Shown here piece by piece: positions 50,133 to 60,283 of a DNA stretch of 64,000 bases; the first letter of the stretch is position 1; the number at the start of each line of letters is the position of its first letter. The DNA comes from Bacilli bacterium. GTDB taxonomy: Bacteria > Bacillota_I > Bacilli_A > RF39 > UBA660. Location: NCBI GenBank assembly GCA_017411405.1, contig JAFQQE010000014.1, positions 67,735 through 131,734 on the forward strand, written 5' to 3'. Below the pieces are notes generated by a model. That model ran no database searches, was not told the origin of the DNA, and saw only the letters and a list, made by a program, of their open reading frames with translations. Both the position numbers and the translations under genes were made by a program.

Positions 50133-50483
50133 GTGAAAAATTTAAGTATAGAAGATTCATTTGTTAAATCAATTAGTTTTTTAGATAATATTATGTTATT
50201 AGATTCTTTTGAAGATACAAAAAAAGTATATAATATGGTAGTGGATTACTTAAAAAAAGATAGTTATTATGTATTATGCTTAAATGTATATTATAATGAA
50301 GAAGAAATAATTAAAACAAAGTGTAAATTAGCTAATAAAATTAATGGAAGTATAGTTATAAAAGATATTATAAATATGGTTACAAATAAATATAACAACG
50401 ATTTAATTATAGATGTTAAAGAAATAGATAATAAAAATAATTGTATTAAGTTTGGCAGAAGAACATATAATTCTAAGAATTAA
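50133..50483 (+). CDS. Hypothetical protein (GTG start)
   Basis: 116-aa ORF with AAGGAAGTGG SD. No motif recognised. Confidence 0.4.
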   Translation: MKNLSIEDSFVKSISFLDNIMLLDSFEDTKKVYNMVVDYLKKDSYYVLCLNVYYNEEEIIKTKCKLANKINGSIVIKDIINMVTNKYNNDLIIDVKEIDNKNNCIKFGRRTYNSKN

Positions 50484-50668
50484 AATAACTAAAATCATAA
50501 AATAACATAAACTATGATTTTTTTATTGAAAAAAAATAATTTTTTTGATAAAATACATATGGTTTTAAAAACCAAAAAAGACACATTTATTGATTACTGA
50601 ACCTAGTGGCTATTGTTGGAGAGGTAAGAAGACGTAAATGGATGAATAACGAAAGGAAGAGTGAAATT

Positions 50669-51577
50669 ATGGCTGTTGTTTCTATGAATAATTTATTAGA
50701 AGCAGGTGTTCAATTTGGACATCAAACAAAAAGATGGAACCCTAAAATGAAGGAATACATCTATACTTCAAGAGATGATATTTATATAATTGATCTTGAA
50801 AAAACAGTTGCATGTATGGAACGTGCATATGAAGAAATTAAAAAAATTGCTGACAATGGAGGTAACTTCTTATATGTTGGAACTAAAAAACAAGCTAATG
50901 AAGTTTGTGTAGAAGAAGCTTTAAGAAGTAATAGTTTCTATGTTACTGAAAGATGGTTAGGAGGAACTTTAACTAATTTCCGTACTATTAGAAGACGTAT
51001 TAAACGTTTAGAAGAAATAGAAAATATGGAAAAAGATGGAAGTTTTGAACTACTACCTAAAAAAGAAGTAATAGGATTAAAGAAAGAATACGATAAATTA
51101 AATAAAGTATTATGTGGAATTAGAAATATGGATAGATTACCTAATGCATTAATCATCGTTGATCCAAAAAAAGAATTAAATGCAATTAGAGAAGCTAGAA
51201 AATTAAATATTCCAGTATTTGGTATTGTAGATACTAACTGTGATCCAGATGATGTAGACTACGTAATACCTGGTAATGATGATGCAGTAAGAGCTGTTAA
51301 AGTTGTTTTAGGTGTATTAAATAACGCTATTTGTGAATCAAGAGGATTAGAATTAGTTGATTATATTACAGAAGAAGAACCTAAAAAAACAGTAAAAAAA
51401 GAAACTGAAGAAGTTAAAAAAGAAGAAAAAGTAGAAACAGTTGAAACTAAAGTAGAAGAAACTACTGATTTATCTAAAAAAACAGTTTCAGAATTAAAAG
51501 CATTAGCTAAAGAAGCTGGAATTACTGGTTATACATCAATGAAAAAAGATGAATTAGTAAATGCTTTAAATAAATAA
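50669..51577 (+). CDS. rpsB: 30S ribosomal protein S2 with C-terminal K/E linker and Rho_N/SAP-like helical module
   Basis: [30 protein letters not shown] at 50669 behind a GAAAGGAAG SD. Tail: [33 protein letters not shown]. Confidence 0.93.
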   Translation: MAVVSMNNLLEAGVQFGHQTKRWNPKMKEYIYTSRDDIYIIDLEKTVACMERAYEEIKKIADNGGNFLYVGTKKQANEVCVEEALRSNSFYVTERWLGGTLTNFRTIRRRIKRLEEIENMEKDGSFELLPKKEVIGLKKEYDKLNKVLCGIRNMDRLPNALIIVDPKKELNAIREARKLNIPVFGIVDTNCDPDDVDYVIPGNDDAVRAVKVVLGVLNNAICESRGLELVDYITEEEPKKTVKKETEEVKKEEKVETVETKVEETTDLSKKTVSELKALAKEAGITGYTSMKKDELVNALNK

Positions 51578-51601
51578 TTAAGATAAAAAAGGAGAATATT
51601 T

Positions 51602-52471
51602 ATGATTACTGCAAAAGAAGTAAGTGAATTAAGAAATTTAACTGGTGCAGGTATGATGGATTGCAAAAAAGCATTATCAGAAACTAATGGCGATATGAAT
51701 GCAGCAGTTGATTGGTTAAGAGAAAAAGGAATTGCTAAAAGTGCTAAAAAAGCAAGCCGTATTGCTGCTGAAGGTTTAGCAAATATATATATTGAAGGAA
51801 ATAAAGCTGTTATTGTAGAAGTTAATAGTGAAACAGACTTCGTAAGTAAAAACGAAGAGTTTACTGGTATGATAGATACAATTGGAAATACTATTTTAAA
51901 AAGCAATGTAAGTACTTTAGAAGATGCTTTAAATCTTTCATGTGAAGATGGTACAATTAATGACTTAATTATTGCAAAAACTGCTAAAATAGGAGAAAAA
52001 TTATCTTTTAGAAGATTAGAAGTAATTGAAAAAAATGATAACGAATCATTTGGTTCATATTTACATATGGGAGGAAAAATTGCTGTTTTAACTGTTGTTG
52101 AAGGTGCAAATGAAGAAGTAGCAAGAGACGTTGCAATGCAAGCTGCTGCTATGAAACCTCAATACCTATGTGAAAATGAAGTACCTAGCGAAGTTATCGA
52201 ACGTGAAAGCGAAGTATTCAAAACTCAAGCTATGGAAGAAGGAAAACCTGCTGAAATAGCTGAAAAAATGGTTCAAGGAAGAATCAAGAAATTCTTTAAA
52301 GAAATTTGTTTATTAGACCAAGCATTCATTAAAGACGGAGATATTGATGTTAAAACTTACGTTAAAAATAATGGCGGTGAAGTTAAGGCTATGGTAAGAT
52401 ATGAAGTTGGCGAAGGAATGCAAAAAAGAGAAGAAAATTTTGCTGAAGAAGTAATGAGTCAAATAAAATAA
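51602..52471 (+). CDS. tsf: Elongation factor Ts
   Basis: ITAKEVSELRNLTGAGMMDCKKALSETNGDMNAAVDWLREKG (UBA-like N-terminus). Follows rpsB. Confidence 0.95.
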   Translation: MITAKEVSELRNLTGAGMMDCKKALSETNGDMNAAVDWLREKGIAKSAKKASRIAAEGLANIYIEGNKAVIVEVNSETDFVSKNEEFTGMIDTIGNTILKSNVSTLEDALNLSCEDGTINDLIIAKTAKIGEKLSFRRLEVIEKNDNESFGSYLHMGGKIAVLTVVEGANEEVARDVAMQAAAMKPQYLCENEVPSEVIERESEVFKTQAMEEGKPAEIAEKMVQGRIKKFFKEICLLDQAFIKDGDIDVKTYVKNNGGEVKAMVRYEVGEGMQKREENFAEEVMSQIK

Positions 52472-52493
52472 CCTATTTCAGGTTATTTTTTTT
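52470..52493 (+). terminator. Rho-independent terminator after tsf
   Basis: AACCT-atttc-AGGTT followed by T8. Confidence 0.6.
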
Positions 52494-52565
52494 ATATATT
52501 TATAATTTATTATATATATTTTTTAATTTTCATGATAAAATTATATATAGAATAGAGGGTAATAC

Positions 52566-53792
52566 ATGAATATAATTGATATTATAAATAAAAAAAGATT
52601 AGGTAAAGAACTATCATATAAAGAATTAGAATATGCTTTTTTAGGATATCTAAATAAACAACATGAAGATTATCAAATGAGCAGTTTATTAATGGCTATA
52701 GTTATAAATGGCATGACTTTAGAAGAAACAATCGATCTTACTGATATATTTATAAAAAGTGGGGATGTTTATGATTTAAGTTCTATAGATAAAAATATAG
52801 TTGATAAACATTCAACAGGTGGAGTAGGAGATTCAACAACATTAATAGTTGGGCCAATTGTAGCATCATGTGGTTTGAAAATGGCTAAAATTAGTGGAAG
52901 AGGATTAGGAATAACTGGTGGAACTATTGATAAATTAGAAAGTATACCAAATTTTGATGTAAAATTAACTAAAAGAGAATTCTTACATAATTTAAAAACT
53001 GTAGGTTTTGTTGATTCAAGCCAAACAACAAATTTAGTACCACTAGATAAGATTATATATAATTTAAGAAATAATTCAGGAACAACAGAATCTCTACCGC
53101 TAATAGTTTCAAGCATAATGTCTAAAAAAATTGCAAGTGGAGCAGATATTATATTAATAGATATAAAAGTTGGTAAAGGAGCATTAGTAAAAACTAAAAA
53201 AGATGCTAATTTAATGAGTAGATGGATGAAGGAAATAGGTGTACATTACAACAAAAAAGTTGTTACAATAATAACAGATATGAATACACCATTATCTAAT
53301 AGTATAGGTAATGCCTTAGAAGTTGAAGAGGCAATGCAAGTCTTAAAAGGTAAAGATTGTAAACTATACGAAGTTTCAAAAGAAATATCAAGTATACTTA
53401 TCTCTCTTGCTAAAAATATAAGCATGGAAGAAGCACAGGAAGAAGTAGAAAAATCCATTATAAGTGGTAGAGCATATAATAAATTTTTAGAATTTGTTAA
53501 AAGCCAAAAAGGAGATATAAAGAAACTTAAAATCGATGCTAATATAAAGGTAATTAAAAGTAAATATAATGGAACGTTAAAAGAAATAGATGCTTTAAAA
53601 ATAGGAAGATTAGCATTAAAATTAGGTGCTGGTAAAATAAATGATAGAGAAACTATTGACTACTCTGCAGGAGTTAAATTATATAAAAATATTGGAGATA
53701 AAGTTAAAAAAGGCGAAATTCTTGCCACACTATATACAAATAAAAACATAAAAATTACTGAAGACGATATAAATTGTTTTGAAATAAATTAA
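52566..53792 (+). CDS. pdp: Pyrimidine-nucleoside (thymidine) phosphorylase
   Basis: DKHSTGGVGD, SGRGLGITGGTIDKLES, LPLIVSSIMSKKIASG motifs. 408 aa. Confidence 0.9.
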   Translation: MNIIDIINKKRLGKELSYKELEYAFLGYLNKQHEDYQMSSLLMAIVINGMTLEETIDLTDIFIKSGDVYDLSSIDKNIVDKHSTGGVGDSTTLIVGPIVASCGLKMAKISGRGLGITGGTIDKLESIPNFDVKLTKREFLHNLKTVGFVDSSQTTNLVPLDKIIYNLRNNSGTTESLPLIVSSIMSKKIASGADIILIDIKVGKGALVKTKKDANLMSRWMKEIGVHYNKKVVTIITDMNTPLSNSIGNALEVEEAMQVLKGKDCKLYEVSKEISSILISLAKNISMEEAQEEVEKSIISGRAYNKFLEFVKSQKGDIKKLKIDANIKVIKSKYNGTLKEIDALKIGRLALKLGAGKINDRETIDYSAGVKLYKNIGDKVKKGEILATLYTNKNIKITEDDINCFEIN

Positions 53793-53804
53793 AGGAGAAT
53801 TAAG

Positions 53805-55559
53805 ATGTTTGGAAAAATTATAAATATTACAGATTCAACGATAGTAGTTGAAATGAATAAAAATGAAGTAGTAATACCTAATTTAATGAATTTATATGTT
53901 ATTTTTGAAGAAAATAATAATAAGTTACTAGGTGAAGTTAGAACAGTTCTAAGCGATACAATACAAATTGATTTAAAAGGTGAATTTATAGGAGAAAAAT
54001 TTATAGCAGGTACTATAAGAAAACCATCATTATCAAGTAATGTTAGAGTTATTAATGATTTAGAATTAAGTATTCTTTTAGGACAAAATACAGAATCAAA
54101 TATATATATTGGAAAAAGTCCAATATACAAAGAACAAAACATATATGCCGATATAAATGACTTGTTTTCTAATCACTTATCTATACTTGGTAATTCAGGT
54201 AGCGGCAAAAGTTGTAGTGTATCAAGAATTGTACAAAATATATTTTTAAATAAAAATTTCTTAACATATAATGCTAATTTATTCTTTTTTGACGCATATG
54301 GAGAATATAAAAATGCATTTAAAAGCTTATCTGAAATTAACCCTAATTATCAATATAAATTTTTAACAACAAATCCAGTAGATACTACAGATGGAAAATT
54401 TGTAATACCTATCTTTCTTCTATCAGTAGATGATTTAGCATTATTATTACAAGCAACAGAACATAGTCAAATAACTATAATTGAAAGAATGTATAAATTA
54501 GTTAGAATATTTTCAAGGAATGATGATAATGCTAAAAAATTAAAAAATCATTTAATTGCAAAAGCTATATTAAATATAATGTTTTCAAATCAAAGCTCAA
54601 ATGCTAAAAAAAGTGATATTTTTGAAATCATAACAAACACTAATACTGATGAATTTAATTTAAAAACTGAAATACAGGGAGTAGGATATACTAGAATATT
54701 TAGTGAATGCTTTGGTATTGACAGAAACGGAGAATTTGGAGAAAGTATATTATTAAATGAATATTTAAATAAATTTGTAGACGATTCATTAGAAAGAACT
54801 ATAACAGTTCCTGAGCAAGCATTCTTTACATTAAAAGATTTAGCTATAGCCTTAAATTTTACATTAATAGGTGAAGGATTCCAAGAAAATAAAATTATTC
54901 AAGATGCTGCTATTATTTTAAAAGTAAGACTAAATTCAATCATTAATAGTCCTAATAGTGCATACTTTAATTTAAATGAATATGTTAATTTAGAAAATTA
55001 TATTTCTAGCTTAATAATGAATAATAACAAAAGAAGCCAAATTATAAATATTAATTTAGAAGGTATAGATGATAATTTAGCAAAAGTATTAGTTAAAATT
55101 ATAGCAAAAATGTTATTCGATTTTGGTAAATCAAGAACAGATAAAGCAAGTATTCCATTTCATTTGTTTATTGAAGAAGCACATAGATATGTAGTAAAAG
55201 ACAATGATGTATTTTTACTTGGTTATAATATATTTGAACGAATCGCAAAGGAAGGAAGAAAAAACGGTGTTATATTAGATTTAATTAGTCAAAGACCAGT
55301 GGAGTTAAATGAAACTGTAATATCTCAAACAAGTAATTTTTTAATCTTAAAAATAACACATCCAAAAGACTTAGAATATATAGAAAAAATGTTACCAAAT
55401 ATTAGTGGTGATGTAATAGACAAACTTAATTCATTACAAGCAGGAACTTTAGTTGCTTTCGGTAATGCATTCAAAATACCTCTTCTTATAAAAATGGATA
55501 TGCCAAATCCAACTCCTTATAGTGCTAATTGTGATGTTTTAAATAGATGGAAAGGATAA
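53805..55559 (+). CDS. HerA/DUF87-type hexameric ATPase (FtsK-HerA superfamily)
   Basis: 584 aa. N-terminal barrel-like domain, Walker A ILGNSGSGKS, Walker B/acidic HLFIEEAHRY, EGRKNGVILDLISQRP. AGGAG SD 12 nt after the pdp stop. Confidence 0.8.
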   Translation: MFGKIINITDSTIVVEMNKNEVVIPNLMNLYVIFEENNNKLLGEVRTVLSDTIQIDLKGEFIGEKFIAGTIRKPSLSSNVRVINDLELSILLGQNTESNIYIGKSPIYKEQNIYADINDLFSNHLSILGNSGSGKSCSVSRIVQNIFLNKNFLTYNANLFFFDAYGEYKNAFKSLSEINPNYQYKFLTTNPVDTTDGKFVIPIFLLSVDDLALLLQATEHSQITIIERMYKLVRIFSRNDDNAKKLKNHLIAKAILNIMFSNQSSNAKKSDIFEIITNTNTDEFNLKTEIQGVGYTRIFSECFGIDRNGEFGESILLNEYLNKFVDDSLERTITVPEQAFFTLKDLAIALNFTLIGEGFQENKIIQDAAIILKVRLNSIINSPNSAYFNLNEYVNLENYISSLIMNNNKRSQIININLEGIDDNLAKVLVKIIAKMLFDFGKSRTDKASIPFHLFIEEAHRYVVKDNDVFLLGYNIFERIAKEGRKNGVILDLISQRPVELNETVISQTSNFLILKITHPKDLEYIEKMLPNISGDVIDKLNSLQAGTLVAFGNAFKIPLLIKMDMPNPTPYSANCDVLNRWKG

Positions 55560-55654
55560 AACAACTAATTAAGCATTAAATTATAAACCTAAAATATAGT
55601 AATAAACTACTGTATTTTTTTTATATTTTTGATATACTTAAATAGGTGGTAAAC

Positions 55655-56737
55655 ATGAATTCAGTATATATACACATACCTTTCTGTAAATCTATTTGTA
55701 CATATTGCGATTTTTGTAAACAACTATATAATGAAACAAATATAAAAAAATACTTAATATCATTAAAGGAAGAAATAACAGATAGATATAATGGTGAAGA
55801 GTTAGATACACTTTATATTGGAGGCGGTACTCCTAGTTCTTTAAATATGAATCAATTAAAAGAATTATTTAATATTATTAATATACTAAATTTGAATAAT
55901 ATAAAAGAATTTACTTTTGAATGTAATGTAAATGATATTACCGAAGAATTAATTATATTTTTAAAAGAAAATAAAGTTAATAGATTAAGTATAGGTGTTG
56001 AATCATTTAATAAAGATAAACTAAAATTTATGGAAAGATATTCTGATTTTAATGATGTTAAAACTAAAATAGAAATGATAAGAAATACAGGAATAAATAA
56101 TATTAATATAGATTTAATATATGGTATTCCAAATGAAACAATAAACGATTTAAAAAAAGATTTAAATTTAATATTAAAACTTAAACCAGACCATATAAGT
56201 ACATATTCTTTAATATTAGAAGAATATACAAAACTAACTATAAATAATGTTAAACCAATAGATGAAGAACTAGAATTAGAAATGTATAATTATATTAGAA
56301 AAAAACTTAAAAGTAAAAAATATATACATTATGAAATTAGTAATTTTGCTCTTTCTGATAAAGAATCTATACATAATATAAATTATTGGAATAACGAAGA
56401 GTATTATGGATTTGGACTTTCCGCACATGGTTATATAGATGGAATTCGTTATGAAAATACTAAGAATTTTAATAAATATATAGAAAACAACTTTGTTGCA
56501 AAACAAGAAATAGTAGGTATAAAAGAACGTATGGAAAATGAACTTATGTTAGGTTTTAGAAAAATTAAAGGAATAAACTTAGAAGAATTCTTTAATAAAT
56601 ACGAAGTCAATATACAAGAAGTATTTCCAGTTAAACCACTTTTAAAAAATAAAGATTTAATATATAAAAATGGATATATTTTTATAAATCCAGACAAATT
56701 ATATATTATGAATGAAATACTTTTAAAATTAATATAA
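55655..56737 (+). CDS. hemW: Radical SAM heme chaperone HemW (HemN-like)
   Basis: VYIHIPFCKSICTYCDFC and YIGGGTPS motifs. About 360 aa. Confidence 0.85.
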   Translation: MNSVYIHIPFCKSICTYCDFCKQLYNETNIKKYLISLKEEITDRYNGEELDTLYIGGGTPSSLNMNQLKELFNIINILNLNNIKEFTFECNVNDITEELIIFLKENKVNRLSIGVESFNKDKLKFMERYSDFNDVKTKIEMIRNTGINNINIDLIYGIPNETINDLKKDLNLILKLKPDHISTYSLILEEYTKLTINNVKPIDEELELEMYNYIRKKLKSKKYIHYEISNFALSDKESIHNINYWNNEEYYGFGLSAHGYIDGIRYENTKNFNKYIENNFVAKQEIVGIKERMENELMLGFRKIKGINLEEFFNKYEVNIQEVFPVKPLLKNKDLIYKNGYIFINPDKLYIMNEILLKLI

Positions 56738-56743
56738 TAGAAT

Positions 56744-56770
56744 ATACAAGATAATATCTTGTATTTTTTA
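56744..56770 (+). terminator. Rho-independent terminator after hemW
   Basis: ATACAAGAT-aat-ATCTTGTAT followed by T5. Confidence 0.75.
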
Positions 56771-56815
56771 TTATTTGTGATACAATGTTAATAGAATAAA
56801 GGATGTGTAAATTAA

Positions 56816-58231
56816 ATGAAAATAAAATATTTTATAGTAGGAATATTACTAAGTCTAGTATTTCCAGCAATAACTAATGCAGCAAGCCTTAGTTTAGAAA
56901 GTGTAAGTAGTACAGAAAAAAACATTGTTAAATATAACATTGTATATGACCCAACAGACGCAACAGAAACAAGTATTAAAATAGAAGTTAATAAAGCTAA
57001 CGATGGATTAATATACCAATTTGGTTCAATCAAAGAAGGCATAATAGGAGATTGTAATAACCAAAATTTATCTTGTACAATAAATGTTCAAGAACTAACT
57101 GAAAAAACAACATTGACTGAATTAAAAATTACAAATAATACAGAAAATGATATAGATGTAATACCTTCAATAATGGGAACTTATCAAGTAACCTTAGAAG
57201 CAGTAACAATAAAAGCTTTACCACAAACAACTACAACTACAACAACTACAACTACTAGAGCATTAAGCTCTGACTCAACTTTATCAAACATAACAATAAC
57301 AAGTGGTACAACAACAATAGGTACATTTGACCAACCCTTTAATAAAGACATTAAAGAATATAACATTACTGAAATTAAAGATACATTTAAATCAATTTAT
57401 ATAACACCTACTTGTGAATATTGTGAATGGCAAATAACTTGTCCAACAGGAGATTGTGAAGTATCTAATAAAAAGAAAGTAACTTTGAACAAAACTGGTG
57501 TTCATCAAGTAGCAATAGTAGTTAGTAGTGAAGACAAAACAGCTAGTCAAACTTATATTTTAAATATATATAAAGGAGAAATAGAAGCCAGTTCAGCTTA
57601 TCTTTCAAATATTTCTATTGAAAATATTGATTTAAGTCCAAAATTTGATTCATTGACAAATGATTATTCAGCTAATTTAACTACAGATTTAACGGAATTA
57701 AATATAACTGCAACTCCAGATGATCCAAAAGCAGAAGTTGAAATAAAAGGTAATAAAGACTTGAAAGAAGGAGAAAATACTATTACCATTACCGTAACAA
57801 GTAGTGATGAAAAAAATAAACAAGTATACACTATAATAGTTAATAAAGAATTAGTTATAGAAGAACCAGAAGAACAAAAAACTACAACAGTAGCTCCAAC
57901 TATAAAAGATGTACCCAAAAAGAATAATGATACGTTATTAATAGTTGTAATATCTTTAGTAGCATTAGCAATAATAGTTATAGTAGGAATATTACTGTTT
58001 AAAAAGAAAAAAAATAACAATAAAAAAGACGATAATGACAAAAATGATAAAGGCAATAAAATAACAAAAGAAACAACTACTAAAAAAATAATAGAAGAAA
58101 ATACTGAATCATTAAACATACTAAATGAAACAAAAAAAGAATTATATGAAGAACCTAAACAAGATATAGATGAAGCATTAGATGACTTAATGATGACAAA
58201 AAGATTAGAATTAGGCGAATTAGATTTTTAA
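56816..58231 (+). CDS. Cell-surface protein with cadherin-like beta-sandwich repeats and C-terminal TM anchor
   Basis: Signal peptide, poly-Thr linker, two repeats of type LSNISIENIDLSPKFDSLTNDYSANL...GENTITITVTSSDEKNKQVYTIIVNK, TM (LLIVVISLVALAIIVIVGILLF) and a K/D/N-rich tail. Confidence 0.7.
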   Translation: MKIKYFIVGILLSLVFPAITNAASLSLESVSSTEKNIVKYNIVYDPTDATETSIKIEVNKANDGLIYQFGSIKEGIIGDCNNQNLSCTINVQELTEKTTLTELKITNNTENDIDVIPSIMGTYQVTLEAVTIKALPQTTTTTTTTTTRALSSDSTLSNITITSGTTTIGTFDQPFNKDIKEYNITEIKDTFKSIYITPTCEYCEWQITCPTGDCEVSNKKKVTLNKTGVHQVAIVVSSEDKTASQTYILNIYKGEIEASSAYLSNISIENIDLSPKFDSLTNDYSANLTTDLTELNITATPDDPKAEVEIKGNKDLKEGENTITITVTSSDEKNKQVYTIIVNKELVIEEPEEQKTTTVAPTIKDVPKKNNDTLLIVVISLVALAIIVIVGILLFKKKKNNNKKDDNDKNDKGNKITKETTTKKIIEENTESLNILNETKKELYEEPKQDIDEALDDLMMTKRLELGELDF

Positions 58232-58270
58232 AATTAAAACCACTTGAATATAATTATTTAGGTGATTTTT

Positions 58271-58903
58271 ATGCAATTAATAGCACATAGAGGATTAATT
58301 AATGATAATATAAAAGAAAATACATTAGAAGCTTTTATTAATGCTATAAATAATAATTATCAAGGAATAGAATTAGATATAAGACTTACTAAAGATAAAA
58401 AGATCGTTGTTTTACATGATAAATTAATAAATAGAACTAGTAATGGTAAAGGAAATATAAATAATTTAACATATAAAGAATTATCAAATTATAATTTTGG
58501 TACTAATAAAATAAAATCAAAATTACCATTATTAAAAGATGTTATAGAAAATATAAATAATAAAATTATTATTATAGAATTAAAAGAAGAAATAAATGAA
58601 TTTGAAATAGATAAAATTCTTAAACTAAATAATACTAATCAATACTATTTAACTAGTTTTAATAAAAAATATATTGATAATTTAAAAAATATAAACTATA
58701 AAAAAGGATTAATAAATTATGTATTTAACTCTAATACTGATATAACTAAATATGATTTTTTATTAGTATTAGAATCATTATTTAATAAAAGTATATATAA
58801 TAAATTAACTAATATGAGTATAGAAATTATTTTATATGGAACATTAAATAATATAAAAATAAAAAATAAAGATATAATAACGAATTTAAAATATATAATT
58901 TAA
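58271..58903 (+). CDS. Glycerophosphodiester phosphodiesterase family protein
   Basis: LIAHRGL..ENTLEAF..GIELDIRLTKDKKIVVLHD matches the GDPD N-terminal catalytic motifs. Confidence 0.75.
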   Translation: MQLIAHRGLINDNIKENTLEAFINAINNNYQGIELDIRLTKDKKIVVLHDKLINRTSNGKGNINNLTYKELSNYNFGTNKIKSKLPLLKDVIENINNKIIIIELKEEINEFEIDKILKLNNTNQYYLTSFNKKYIDNLKNINYKKGLINYVFNSNTDITKYDFLLVLESLFNKSIYNKLTNMSIEIILYGTLNNIKIKNKDIITNLKYII

Positions 58904-58993
58904 ATTTTTTGACAATTTTTTTAAAGTAATTATTGAAACAATTATATTTTCTTGCTATAATAATTTAGGAAACGAAGGGAGGGAAAAGTAAAA

Positions 58994-59182
58994 ATGACTA
59001 AAGTAGAAGTAAGAAATGGAAATGTAGATGGAGCTTTAAAAAGATTTAAAATAAAAGTTGCTAAAAGCGGAGTCCCTTCTGAATTAAAAAAACATAAAGA
59101 ATATAAAAAACCAGGCGTTAAAAGACGTGAAGCAAAAAAAGAAATGATTAAAAATTCTCGTAAGAGAAATAAAAATAGATAA
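58994..59182 (+). CDS. rpsU: 30S ribosomal protein S21
   Basis: MTKVEVRNGNVDGALKRFK...KKHKEYKKPGVKRREAKKE. Confidence 0.93.
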   Translation: MTKVEVRNGNVDGALKRFKIKVAKSGVPSELKKHKEYKKPGVKRREAKKEMIKNSRKRNKNR

Positions 59183-59202
59183 TCATAATATAGGTGATAT
59201 TT

Positions 59203-59646
59203 ATGTATAATAAAATTAAAGAAGACTTACTTAATGCTATGAAAGAACAAGATAAATTTAAATTATCCGTTCTAAGAATGCTTAAAAGTGCTTTACAAGC
59301 AGAAGAAATAAATTTAAAACATGAATTAACAGATGATGAAGCATTAAATATAATAAAAAAACAAGTTAAAATAAGAACTGCTTCTTTAGAAGAATATAAA
59401 TCTTATAATAGAATCGATCTTGCAGAAAACTTAGAAAAAGAATTAACTATATTAAAAAGTTACCTTCCTGAAGATTTATCGATAGAAGAATTAAATAAAA
59501 TAATAGATGAAAAATTTGATTCAATTAAACCTGAAAGTATTAAAGATATGGGAAGAGTAATTAAAGAAGTATCGTCTGTTGTAGGTACTAGAGCTGATAT
59601 GAGCTTAGTAAGTAAAATAATTAAAGAAAAATTAATGAATATGTAG
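59203..59646 (+). CDS. yqeY: GatB/YqeY-domain protein
   Basis: IKEDLLNAMKEQDKFKLSVLRMLKSAL. Conserved position after rpsU. Confidence 0.8.
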   Translation: MYNKIKEDLLNAMKEQDKFKLSVLRMLKSALQAEEINLKHELTDDEALNIIKKQVKIRTASLEEYKSYNRIDLAENLEKELTILKSYLPEDLSIEELNKIIDEKFDSIKPESIKDMGRVIKEVSSVVGTRADMSLVSKIIKEKLMNM

Positions 59647-59716
59647 GTTAACTCCTACTTTTTATTTACAATAAATTTATATTTTGTTATTATATAACAC
59701 AAGAAAGCGTGATTTT

Positions 59717-60061
59717 ATGAAAAATGCTGAATATAAAGAAACAATAAAAGATTTTGAATTAAAAAGAAATTATGACTATATTATTAACAAATGTAATTAT
59801 TTATATACTTGGTATAATTTAAATATATACTTTAATAAAAAAGAAGTAATAATAGAAGGTTTTATACCTAATTATATCGTTGTAAATATTTATAAAAAAT
59901 ATATAAATAAAATAAGAATAACTATTAATCTAAAAAATAATTATACTAAATTAGTAGTAAGTGATAAAAATACATTTATATCATTATTAGAATATATAAG
60001 ATATTATAATTTAATGTTGGAAGATTATAAAGAAACAAAAAAATTAAAATATAATAAATAA
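59717..60061 (+). CDS. Hypothetical protein
   Basis: 114-aa ORF from the ATG at 59717. No motif recognised. Confidence 0.35.
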   Translation: MKNAEYKETIKDFELKRNYDYIINKCNYLYTWYNLNIYFNKKEVIIEGFIPNYIVVNIYKKYINKIRITINLKNNYTKLVVSDKNTFISLLEYIRYYNLMLEDYKETKKLKYNK

Positions 60062-60092
60062 AACTGATAAATCAACGATTATCAGTTTTTTT
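60062..60092. terminator. Bidirectional terminator
   Basis: AAACTGATAA-8 nt-TTATCAGTTT perfect 10-bp stem followed by a T-run. Confidence 0.75.
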
Positions 60093-60204
60093 ACACTAAA
60101 TATATTATTAGACTTGCTAACATACTACCTACCATAGTAATTAACATAATCCAAACTAGTACTTTAGCCATAATATTTTTATTTTTAGTTTTCTTTTTTG
60201 CCAT
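60091..60204 (-). CDS. Unannotated 37-aa small membrane protein (DUF4044-like)
   Basis: Below the ORF-track cutoff. GAGGTG SD, MAKKKTKNKNIMAKVLVWIMLITMVGSMLASLIIYLV: basic N-terminus plus one TM. Terminator directly downstream. Confidence 0.55.
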   Translation of the reverse strand: MAKKKTKNKNIMAKVLVWIMLITMVGSMLASLIIYLV

Positions 60205-60283
60205 TATATTCACCTCATTAATATAATTATACTAAAATATGAATAATAAATAAAGTATAAAATATAATTTAATAGGTGATAAA

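Noticed and set aside
50606-50668. N-terminal extension of rpsB from the upstream GTG.
   Set aside because: There is no SD before 50606. The conserved S2 N-terminus ([18 protein letters not shown]) starts at the ATG at 50669, behind GAAAGGAAG.
57227-57258. ACAACT-type microsatellite encoding a poly-Thr run in the surface protein, considered as a phase-variation tract.
   Set aside because: The repeat unit is a multiple of 3, so slippage would only change linker length and would not switch the gene off.
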